Source of the DNA: Podarcis erhardii
Lineage: Eukaryota
Assembly: GCA_964252035.1 (NCBI GenBank)
Contig: OZ176209.1
Length of the DNA stretch: 64,000 nucleotides
Strand: one strand, 5' to 3'
Part shown: positions 50,381 to 61,332 of the stretch, in pieces
Layout of the letters: every line of letters starts with the position of its first letter
Position numbering within the stretch: the stretch's first letter is position 1
The notes under the pieces: model-generated
Database searches by the model: none
Seen by the model: the letters and a program-made list of their open reading frames with translations, nothing else
Told to the model about the DNA's origin: nothing
Translations under genes and position numbers: made by a program

Positions 50381-50452
50381 TCTTCTGTCTGTGAAATTTG
50401 GACCAGCCAGAATGCAGGATATCCTTACACAGCAGTCCATCAGGTTCATAAT
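50381..50452 (+). CDS. ANKS1B: ANKS1B cassette exon (72 nt): SSVCEIWTSQNAGYPYTAVHQVHN
   Basis: TAGCAG tandem acceptor at 50375-50380, donor GTAAGA at 50453; matches recalled SSVCEIWTNQNAGFPFSAIHQVHN. Not in the supplied ORF track (too short); found by reading. Confidence 0.92.
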
Positions 50453-51772
50453 GTAAGATACTTCAATAAATTGTCACTTTATTGGTGTTCATTGTGTTGC
50501 CTTGGTGTTGTTAATACTTTATAAAGGTGCCATGCTTTTCAAAAAGCAATGTGTAGCATCCAATTACTTCCAGGATTGTACGTATGTGTTTTTACATTTT
50601 GTTTTCATAGTGTGCAATAAACTTGTTGGCTTTTGTGTAGCAGGATACAATTTTTTCAGCGCCAAAGGTCAGTTTTTTAAAATAGAAGTGACCTCATCTA
50701 TTTAACTTCTGCTCTGGGTGCTTTGTCTTTGTTAGCCTTCAAAGACAAGGATGGGAGTAAATTGCATACATTCTGCAATTTTACTCGGTTTTGTGCCTTT
50801 TGTTTTCAGTGACCAGAAAGAATCCTTCTAGTTTCTTGGGGCTTCTTCTCCCTTTTTTAAAGATGTACTAGCTCATAATTTCAATGTGTTCTTCATGAAT
50901 GGTATCTTGTAGCATGTCTAAACAATCTGCACTTCTTTTAGATACAGGAAGTTCCTTGAAGCAATGTGCTCATATCATACACTGTATCTTGAATATCAGC
51001 CTTATGACCGTCTTAATGTGCCACTTCAGTGCATGTTATACATGCTATTCCTTCCCAGCGCATGTGCAAAGCAGACAATTTCTCCATCATTTATATTGTG
51101 TCACAATTAAAAAAACTTTAGTCAGAGTTCACCTTTGCTGCAAAAGGGAGAAAAATGCCTAGAACCAGGGGACCAGAAATGCTATAAGAACTGCAGCAGT
51201 ATCTGCACCTTCCACCCACCTATGTGCTGTCAGTTCTGACAGTTCTATTATTACTAATAGTATAATACTTGTTATATAATATTTAATAGTATGTACAACT
51301 AAGAGCATTTTGGTATTTTGCTACTTAGTTGTGAGGCATGAGGAATGCAATCTGAACTGATTCCTATGCCTGCATCTTCCCAGCTATTAGAGGGAGACAG
51401 AAGGTCACAGGTCCTTTAAGGAACCCAGCAGAAATACTTAAATATGTTGATAACAACAGATTAATTTGAATTATGAGTTTTTTCACAAACCAATAAAACA
51501 AATAAAGGAACAACTTGAAGCTTAAATGACCCATTGAGAAACAAATGGCAATTGCACATATACATACATGTAAGAGCATGTGTGCAATCAGTGGTTCTTT
51601 TTAAAATTAATGATACATTAAAATGCATTTTCAACAATGGCAGAATGGTGCAATAACAGGAGCTTCACCTGTTTAATTTCTATGTGCCACTATTAATATT
51701 TACAGTGAGAATGATCTACCAAACGTAAGCACTTCTGCAGCTCACTAATTTTAATTATAGTTAAGGTTTGTA

Positions 51773-52020
51773 CAGTCATACCTTGGTTTTTGAACAGAAT
51801 GCATTCTGGGAGTCCATTTGACTCCTGGAACCGTTCAAAAACCAAAGTGTGGCTTCTGATTGGCTGCAGGAGCATCCTGCAGCCAATGAGAAGCCACGGA
51901 AGTTGCGCCGGATGTTCGGCTTCCAAAACTCACTTTTTTCCAACACTCACTTCCAGGTTTCAATCCTCCGAGAGCCAATTTTTTCAGGAGCCAAGGAGTT
52001 CGGCTTCCAAGGTACCACTG
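51773..52020. mobile_element. Tigger/pogo-like MITE with internal palindrome
   Basis: TA-CAGTCATACCTTGG ... CCAAGGTACCACTG-TA; internal tggcttctgattggctgcagga / tcctgcagccaatgagaagcca. Confidence 0.85.
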
Positions 52021-54313
52021 TACTTAAATACCCCCAATCAAATAACTGGGACATAAAAGTTCTCCCATAACATAGATTTGGAAGACACTTATGTGTTAGA
52101 CATATGTTTGACTGCAATTAGCTTTCTGCACTTACTTATACTTACGTCTCAGTTTAATTTTGTTTAGATTCCATACTTGTAGCCTCTGCCACCAAAATCA
52201 TAAATTTACCTGTTTAGTTTAAAGGCACTATGGTTTTTGTAAGACCTTGATCCAGACTGCTGAATATTTTCTCATTTCAGCTGTAGGTTCCACTTTTTAG
52301 CTATTGGACTGAGAACAGCTAGTCTGGACATTTTTTGTAAATTCTGAAAAGTATAAAATCTGTGAAACTGTGAAATTAAAGGGTTCCATGTTCATTTGTA
52401 ACAATGTATCCTAGAGTTGAGAAATATTAATTTACATCGGGAACGAGAACACAAAGGGCTCTGGATCATGGACATTGTTTGACAGTGGGGTATATATAGG
52501 AAGATTCTATGCCACCTCTGTTTTTGGCATTTGTTACTGTTCTACATCCTAAAGTTTTTATACTCAGAATAAATCTTCATACAAAAGCAAATACTTATTT
52601 TGCTAAAACGTACTGTCCAGAGCTTTAAAACAAGCAAATACCAAGCATTCTGTCATCTTAACAATAGTCTTGACAAGTTGAGCGTTCGGATGGAATAAAG
52701 TGTAATCTCAGAGCGTAATCACATTTCTTTGAGTGATATTAATAAGATTACTTAAATAAATGGAAAATAAAACTGCAAGCGTTTAACATTTTTTTGTCCA
52801 CTACACTGAATTGCCATATCCCGTGATAATTCCACAAGGTCACAATGTAGTCAAAGTGAAATACTTGTTAGTGCAACAGATTAAGTGATAGAGCTAAATA
52901 TATTCCTAAAAGATGTTTCGCCGGATTATGCCCAGCATTTGAGGATGGTAAAATCAAAGGCTGACTCTTATTTTTTGCAGCACACGTTTGCTATATATAA
53001 CTGATATTTGTGATATTGAATATTGTAAAGTGTGAAGAAGAAAATTGCAGTAAAAATGCAGTGAGCATAGGCAAGAAAATTGTGGCCAATGTCAGTGCCT
53101 GAATACATATCCACTGTATGCCCTTGGGTGTTTGAAAAGCCCTTCCATATTTCACCAACGGAATGCCATTATACACGTGGCAAAGAGGCACTGCATAAAT
53201 TTTGAATGGGCTCAAAGACAGATAATTTATCCTTATAGAGTCTCCATGTTTAACAACTATGAATGTCTAATGTTGATATTGGCAACTGCAAAATGTTAAT
53301 CCATGTGACATGGTTTAAACATTCTAAAGTGCTATTTAAAGCTAAATATTAACTGTTATTTTATTATTGTCTACACAACAGACATTTTGCAGTTTCAGCA
53401 TTTTCCAACATCAAGAAATAGTGATTAGATAAAGCGCTACTTGCTGGAAATGTAGTGTATCTGCCAAGTCTACCCAGACACCTCCTCCCTCCCACCCAAA
53501 AAAAATATTCAGAAAAGCACAAGAGTTAATAGTTGATTGCAAGATGCCAATTTATATATCTCTTGAAGCACTTTTAAAGGAAAGTACCACATCTGCAATT
53601 ACATTTGTATTAGTTTTCAGTGAGGCAGTAATATTGGCACAAAGTTGTTTCTGCTTGTTTTGTCTTCTGCTTCAGTTTTCACGTTGGAAGGTTACTATTA
53701 ATTTTGATGTCTTCCAGTTTACCTTGTGCTTGTCCTTGTAGATCTGTACAAACCAACCTCTGTCTTGTCATGATTGTGTGGCCCATGAAAATGGATGTAT
53801 AATGCTTGTTTTGTTTGCTCTGTCCTGGTTTACGAAATGAAACGACATTTTCTTTCATTGGAATTTTCTCATTTGCTTTCAACAGCAATTACGTGTTTCA
53901 GTTGCTTTGATTTAATCTTGGGATGGAGCCAGAGAAAAGGCTACAGAAGGGAGCTGGCAGAAGCTGGTTTTTTCTGCCCTCTACCCTGCCCAAGCAGTCT
54001 CCTGAGTAACAGGGATCCTGCCAAATGTGATGAATTGTGGCACAGCGGACGAAGGAGGAATCCCCCATAAGTTGTCAGAGCATATTCTGCGGGCAGAGCT
54101 CCCACTCACAGAAGGCAACTTGCCTACTTTTTACAGATCCACCACATTCACTCCCCTGATCCTCATGAGAAGCTGGGTGGGTCTGCCAGGGGGAGGAGGA
54201 GGAGCAGAAAACCAGATTCTGCTTCCTTCCTTCTGCAGGCCTTTTCCTGGATCCAACCTCTTATTTCTAAAGTTTGTTTAAAATTGTTAAAACAAAATTG
54301 TTTAAAATTGTTA

Positions 54314-54419
54314 AAACAAAACAAATTCCTTCCAGTAGCACCTTAAAGACCAACTAAGTCAGTTCTTGGTATGAGCTTTCTTGGTATGAGCTTTCTTGGT
54401 ATGAGTTCTTGGTATGAGC
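54314..54419 (-). mobile_element. Truncated PLE family A pLTR with a 4x tandem stutter at its 5' junction
   Basis: Same pLTR sequence as 20458-20513 in reverse; TTCTTGGTATGAG(CT) repeated four times; TTTAAAATTGTTA at 54278, 54301 and 54420. Confidence 0.8.
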
Positions 54420-55284
54420 TTTAAAATTGTTAGTAAGCTTTTAACAAATAGTTGCCGATTTGATCTCAACGGAGTTGAAAAACAGTGAGTAGAAAGAGTA
54501 TATTAAACTGGGACAAAAAGGCTCAGAAGTCGGAGATAAGCAAATTGTAAGATTTGTTGTAATACATATAGATTTAGAAAGTACTTTCCAAATGCAACCA
54601 TTTTGTTAAATCAGTTTAAATATTTGCTTTTTTATGTGTAAGAGAATTAATTAAATTCAAGCATCCTTGGTGGTAGTTGAGTTAAGAGACATATTCAGAT
54701 CCTCATCAACGTTTCCTCAAAATAAGACTGCAGTCCTATATACAGTTAAATGGGAGGACGCCTCATTGAATTCAGTGGGACTTGCTTCTAAGGAGGCTTT
54801 CATAGGATTACAGAACAAGTCCCAATGATTACAGTTGGGCTTTCTCATAAGCAAATGGGCACAGGCACAGGTTGGCAATCCTGTGCAAACTGTGCAAAAC
54901 TGGACAAAGTGGATTTGAGTATGGGTCTCGTTGCATTACAATCCTATAGATGCTTGAAATCATGAGGCTTACTTCCAAACACTCATATATATGGGCAAGC
55001 TGTTAGTTTCTTATGCACAAGGATAACAGTGGTGTATAAGTAGCAGCAGCATTTAAATAATGTCTGCCTATTTTTGACATTGCTGCTTGCTAGACAACTC
55101 AGATTGGAGGATGTAGTGAAGTAATAAATGCTGACTATATGGGCATTCATAAGTTATTTTTATTCTTCAGAATGGCATGTTCTGAAAATAATAATATGTA
55201 GCCAAAATGCCATGGTTGCAACCACAGTGAAATATGCTAATTGCCTTCAGTTTACATTGCTTTTTGAATACATCTGATTTTCAG

Positions 55285-55413
55285 ACTGGAGACTGGGGTG
55301 AACCATCAATTACCTTACGACCTCCTAATGAGGCAACAGCATCAACACCGGTACAATACTGGCAGCATCATCCAGAGAAACTAATCTTCCAGTCATGCGA
55401 TTACAAAGCATTT
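55285..55413 (+). CDS. ANKS1B: ANKS1B coding exon (129 nt), start of PTB: [43 protein letters not shown]
   Basis: Acceptor ttttCAG at 55284, donor GTAAGT at 55414; in frame with flanking exons. Confidence 0.96.
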
Positions 55414-56988
55414 GTAAGTTTGCCAGACTCAATGTTTTCTTTGAGAATAGTTGAAAATTGTCCGGTTTAAGGAGTGACCATTAACATTTTGGTAGTCTTT
55501 TTCTCTACCTAGCACAACTATAACGTCTTTCTTACAAAAGAAACAAAAATGAAATAAAAATTTTCACATTATTGTGAACAGAATACAGATGGAAATTGTA
55601 GCTTTATCTTTAAATCTGTGTTTCAGTCCCTGCTCTTTGTTAAAGAAACATCAAGATTTTTATGCCATTGACATCCAAAGTCTCATAAATATATAAAAAG
55701 GTGGTGGTAGAGAGAGAACTTAAGGGGAACCCAGATGCATTGTTTTCAAGGTTTTTGAGTATGACCATGAAGACAACCACAGCTTTCCACCCATGCTTGT
55801 CCCCAGAATCAGGTACTCAGAACTGCACCATAGCCTGTGTGCAATCCTCCATTAATCTGCCCGATTCCTTTTAAAATCTCTCTAAGTTAGTGACCATTAC
55901 CACATCTTGTGGTACTACTGCCTTCTATAAAATTCTTGCTGTGTGAAGTACTTCATTCTGTTCACATGCTGATTCCAGCACATTGGAAGCAAACACTTCA
56001 ATCGCTGTTTTAAAAGTGGTGCTATTAAAAATTACCAGTCCTTGGTTTTATCAAAGCCTTGAAGAATCTGTCAAATCTACTACTCACTTAATAGAAAGAA
56101 ATTAGGCTCTAATAAGACTTAATCTCTTTTTTAAAAAAAACAAAAAAAAAACCACCCTTTTACATCTTGAGCAGCAGTGTGCTACACACGTTATTTTTTA
56201 AAAAAGGAAAAAAGCTTCACAGCTTTAATTCAACTGTACTGAAATGATTTAGGCTTTTTTTTGCAGAATTATAATACTGGACTTTATGATACTGGACAGA
56301 ATTTCCTGATAACACACAATAGTGAACTAAATAAAATGTTATATACCAAGATGAATGTATACCACTGAGCAATAATGTGGTGGTGGAAATTTCATGAAAG
56401 GATCCACCGTTTCTTTGGCACCACTAGCCTGCTCCAGCCACGGTAGAAGGTAGCAGTAGTGGCATCTTTCTCATTTTTCTCTATGTGTCCATCCCCATTT
56501 TATCCCATTGACATCAGTGAAGGAAGAATGACTACACCTGCTCTAGGACTAGTATAGATTTTTTGTGCTTTTCAGGGGAATGAGGGAATACAAGGCCTCC
56601 TGCAGTCTACATCCAATATGCCCCCTTCATGTCCTGCCACTGGCACTGCATCTACATGCACTGAACATGCCAGGGGCTCCTTCAGGGTCATAAAAGTGCC
56701 CCAGAGGCAGAACTCCTCCTTTGGTGGATTGGCACATGTGCCCCTCAGCTGCCCTTTGGCCAACATTAGAATTGCAACCTAAGTAACTTTACATGACATG
56801 TGTACCCTGCATGGTCCTGTAACTGCACAGTAGTGTAACTTTTTATTTTCTATTTGTATATGGACAGCTGGTATAGACATAGATTTTAAGAGTAAATCCT
56901 TGGTTTTGTTTTTGATGACTTCTCCCCATGAATATGACATCTGTAAGTGTTCCTCTATTTTAAAGGTGAAAAATGCAGAAGCTCAGGG

Positions 56989-57394
56989 CAGCGGCGGAGG
57001 AAGCCACTTGGGCGCCTGGGGCGGCGTGGCGAGGGTGGGGCGAGCTGCTCATAGGGCAGGGTGCACCGTGGGGCCTCCGGAGTCTGCCTGCCTCCTCCCA
57101 CTCAGCCGCCCTACAGCTGGGGGGGAGGCAGTGGGTGGACACTTTGGGCAGCGTGGAGCCTGCACGCGCCCAAGCCACCACGTCTCATAGAATCATAGAA
57201 TCATAGAGTTGGAAGAGACCACAAGGGCCATCGAGTCCAACCCCCTGCCAAGCAGGAAACATGTTTCCCAGGAGAAACATGTGGCTCGGGTGTGCTGCAG
57301 GCTCCTGTGGTGAGTGCCGCCCCATTTTGTCACCCCCATTGGTGGTGACACCCGGTCAACCCGCACCCACCGCACCTCCCATCCTCTACTCCTG
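56989..57394. mobile_element. Non-autonomous hAT-type element with 8-bp TSD, containing a CR1-type tail fragment at about 57186-57260 (- strand)
   Basis: GCTCAGGG at 56981-56988 and 57395-57402; CAG...CTG termini with imperfect 13-bp TIR; nested (CATAGAAT)n-agttggaagagacc. Confidence 0.7.
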
Positions 57395-58119
57395 GCTCAG
57401 GGGTTCATGTTGCCAGACAGGGCATTCCCTGTAGCAGCCCCTAGGTTGTGGAGGTTCCTCCCCACAGATGTGTGTCTGGCAAGTTTACTATACAGTTGAA
57501 TGATGAACATGCACTTCTTTATTATGGCCTTTGACAACTAAGTTGTTTTAAACTGTTTTTAATGTATTTTAAATTGTTGTAACTCAACTTGGGATCTTAG
57601 GGTGAAGGGTGAGTAATTAATAATAACATCAGCAACAACAACACCTGCTAGTACTGCTAATAAATTAACTTAGACAAAGAGCATGAAATAACACTTTGTA
57701 AATTTACTATGTAAAATCTAACATTATGAAAGGGAATATTATAGATTTGATTTAATGAAGAGGATTTAGCTCAATAGATTCCAGGCTGGAGAGCAAAATT
57801 CTTAAAAGCACATAAAACACAATCATAAATCTTAAAACCCTTTTAAACAACAAGAGCAGCTAAAACCACCAATCAATACATTCAAACACTGAAAATGCCT
57901 GGCACAAACAGATAGGGCTTTACTTGGTGCCAAAGTGTCAGCACCAAGTGTACTTCTGAGAAGAGCGAATTCAAGAAGCAAGGCACCACTACAGAGAACG
58001 CTATATCTCACATTATCTACTCTCCCTAGAATGTTTTAGGTCAGCAAATAAGCTTTCTTTGAAATTTTGCTTACTCTGTTTCATAACTTCAGAAAACAGT
58101 GCCTTGTTTCTTTCATAAG

Positions 58120-58191
58120 TATTTAGGTTCTATGCTGGTAAAAGAGCTAAGAGGCACAGAATCAACGCAGGATGCCTGTGCAAAAATGAGG
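58120..58191 (+). CDS. ANKS1B: ANKS1B coding exon (72 nt), PTB: [24 protein letters not shown]
   Basis: AAG acceptor at 58117-58119, donor GTGAGT at 58192; PTB-type YLGS motif. Confidence 0.95.
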
Positions 58192-60789
58192 GTGAGTGAA
58201 ACTTACTTTTTCAAAACGGCTGTAATAGGCTGGACTTTTACTTGTAACTGCCTCACTTCATCCATGTTGTACATTAAATAAAATAACTCTGGATTTCTTT
58301 GCAATGTTCTTTAGTTATACGTATGTTACATAGTTTTTCATGTTATCACTAAAACCTCCATCTGCATGCACGTTGTACGTTTCCTACCTCTTGATAAGTA
58401 GATTCCCCCCCTCCTTGCACCTTTTTATTTCTGTAGAGAATATAATAAGATTTAGCAGGCCAAGCATTTCCTTAACGGAGAACTTGACTAGTAAACTCCC
58501 ATAGGACTGGATACTCAAGCCCCTTTTTGGTGGAATTTGGGAACTCCCTTGGGGAAAGCGTAAGCCATTTTAAATCCCTTGGAATATGATGAGGGGGCGC
58601 GGAGAGAGAATTTCCACCTTTACTGCTGGGAGGCAGTGATTCAGATAGAAGTTGCTGAATGGTGCTTACTGGGTGGATGGTTTTTCCAGCACAGACACAG
58701 CTACTGCAGGGACTCAACAACCATGCCTGTGCATGGGGCTGGCAGTGTCATTCCCACCTCCGCTGCTTCCTCCTGGCACCTTAAGGGTAAATATGGGAAT
58801 TCCAATCCTGCATCAATTGCTATGCATGGTCCACTGGCAGCTATTTGTAGCAAACTACATCGCTGGCCACCATTGGCCAAGGGTTACTGGAGGAATATGG
58901 TGTCTTTTTGTAATGCCTGCCCATTTGCAAAAATACAAGCAGAACATTTAAAGCAGAGAGCAAAACCACTAGTCCTGTTTCAGTTTCCCAAGGAGAACAA
59001 ATGAAACCCCCAAAGTACTTTTCCTTTAACAAACTCAGACTCCTTTCTCTGCTCAAATTAAAAGGGGGGGGGGGTCCTTCCCCCAGACATTGATGGATGC
59101 TATGTTCCAAAAGCTAGTACCATCAGGGAATATTGGTTAATTCCTTTGGTTAATTCTCTGATAATCCTTCAAGTATTTCAGGCAAAACAGCAATAAGCCT
59201 GTTCATGCTAATCAAGGCAGAAAACCCATAATAGTATAGTCTTAAAAACAACTGCTGAGAGCAGGGACAGGAGAGATCAGTGTGGAGTCACACTTCAGGA
59301 GTGATAATGCCCAATCATAACATATTTTTCACTTAAGACATTATAAGAATATCCTACAATTGTGTCACTGGCAGTTGTCCAACAAAATCTATTTAGATAA
59401 GAATAAAGTCTTAACAGCTCATTGGCATCATTGTTTTCATGTGCAATTGCAAATTTATGAAATGATTAAGAATATATACCATTGAAAATACAAATTATTT
59501 CATTTTGTTAATTTCTTTCTATCTGCAGCAAAGTGTAAATAAGAGGCTGATATTTAGATTTGGGGAGATAAAGGCTGACGCTTTTGAAAGGTGTTCCAAG
59601 GATGTCAATTAAATACGTATAAACCATAACCTCAATCTTTCTCATTATACATTCTGTATGTTCTTTTCTGGTGCTCAAATATATTATTTGTATGAAGAAG
59701 AGGAAAACTGTTGGCATCTTAACTCAACACTTACGAAGCATAATTAATATCTATATTTATCCCATCTAAATGTACAACTATACAAATAAAAAGTTTTATA
59801 ATCTTTCTTTATAATTCAAAAATCTTTCTTTATAATTGGGAGCTAACTAATCATTTTAATAGGTTTTCCTTCTCCTGATATTTATTGTCTGTTGGATGTT
59901 TTCTTTTTCAGTGTTTCAGTTGGTGTCTGCTTTGTGTTATCTTTACTAAAAAGGGACACAGATTATATTAAACATTGATAAAATAAATATGTCCCTTTTA
60001 CATATTTTTTTGAGTTTTTCAGGAAGCAACAGAATCTCTAAAACCCTTAAAATGTCAAAGGAAACCGCAGTACTGCTACACAAGTGCATGCAGTCAGGCT
60101 ACTTTAGCATTAAAAATGGTAGTGTATCGAAGAATAAGGATGTCATCCTGAGGGGTGTTAGAAAGCAGTGTAAGTACTGTCCCACTGGTGGAGGGAGGCC
60201 AAAATGCCTCAAATGGCCCCCCAAAATCTCATATATAGCTAAAGTTGGGTTTACTGAGGTCATGTTGGTATGGCCATGGATTTATTTTATTACAGTTAGG
60301 AAACATTTTTATCCTGATCTTTTTTCACCAAGCTTTTGCTTTTCTACCGTCAAGCTCATTGTTTTCCTTTGACAAGTTTTTTCAGTATACTGTCTAGCTC
60401 TCAGTGTATCTTTTGGCTAGAGGAAACTTAAAGTACTTTATTTTGCACTTGTTTGCAATATGGCACTATTACCACTAGTTGTTTGCTGCCCTGGGCTCCT
60501 TTGAGAGGCAGGGTGGGATGTAAATTTAAGAAATAAATAGTTCATATTGTTGGGTAGGGAATAATTTTGTTTGTTTGACCACAAGCCACAACAAACTACA
60601 AATCAGACAAGTTATTACAAAGAAATAGAAGTGCAGGCCTGTTTAAGCCAAACATCTCGTAGTAAGCACCAGAGTAGATGAAGTAGCTTCAATTGTCCAG
60701 ATAAAAATCTGCTACAATACTATCCAAGAAACTTTGCTGCTGCTTTGTCAGAGGCCAAGCAAAGCCAGCCACTTTTGTATTACCCTCTT

Positions 60790-60990
60790 AAGAATGTAAC
60801 AAGAGCCCTGCTGGCCCAACTCGTCCATCATCCTGTTCTCACAGTGGCCAACCAGATGCCTATGGGAAGCCCAAAAGCAGGAGTTGAGTGCAACAACTCT
60901 TCCCACTTGTGATTCCCAGAAACTGGACAGTGGAGCTGGATCATAGCTATCATGGCTAGTAGCACCTGAATGCCTTATCCTCCATTAAAT
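60790..60990 (-). mobile_element. CR1 3' fragment, same family as 7205-7800
   Basis: aagaatgtaacaagagccctgctgg..catcctgttctcacagtggccaaccagatgcc..atcatggctagtagc. Confidence 0.6.
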
Positions 60991-61245
60991 CCTCCTGGCG
61001 CTTGGAAGCAATGCAATCAAACTTCTTGTGGGTTTGACCAGTATTCATGTCTCTTGTACTATGTATGTGCATGTGGTGGCTTATTCCACGCATTTTCAGA
61101 GATGGACTATTAAAATATATAATGAGATATAACCTCTATTTCCCATTCCCTACAGTTGGGTGTAATATATTGTTGTCTTGGGAAAGGAAATCAGATGTAC
61201 ATTATTCAATACACCACATTCTTTCATGTTTGCTTTTAATTTCAG

Positions 61246-61332
61246 AAGTCTACAGAACAAATGAAGAAAGTTCCTACTATTGTTTTATCAGTCTCTTATA
61301 AAGGGGTAAAATTTATTGATGCAACAAATAAG
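61246..61332 (+). CDS. ANKS1B: ANKS1B coding exon (87 nt), PTB: [29 protein letters not shown]
   Basis: Acceptor tttCAG at 61245, donor GTAGGC at 61333. Confidence 0.95.

Noticed and set aside
52600-52990. AT-rich, repeat-free stretch with retained CpGs, possibly a conserved non-coding element (likewise 15900-16200 and 36450-36800)
   Set aside because: Conservation cannot be judged without alignments.
54360-54420. Short direct repeats resembling a CRISPR array
   Set aside because: 13-15-nt head-to-tail units with no spacers, derived from a PLE pLTR, in a vertebrate intron with no cas genes.
58579-59004. 141-aa ORF with faint integrase zinc-finger flavour (H..WP.L...V.FC..C)
   Set aside because: Similarity too weak to call by eye; needs an HMM search against Integrase_H2C2.
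59529-59534. Second possible 6-nt microexon (CAAAGT) after a good pyrimidine tract and CAG
   Set aside because: Donor AGT/GTAAAT is weak and no supporting regulatory motifs were seen.
58192-61245. ANCQ segment recalled from mammalian ANKS1B between MR and KSTEQ
   Set aside because: No GCN AAY TGY CAR with splice sites found by eye, and no upstream AG 12 nt before 61246; may be lineage-specific or missed.
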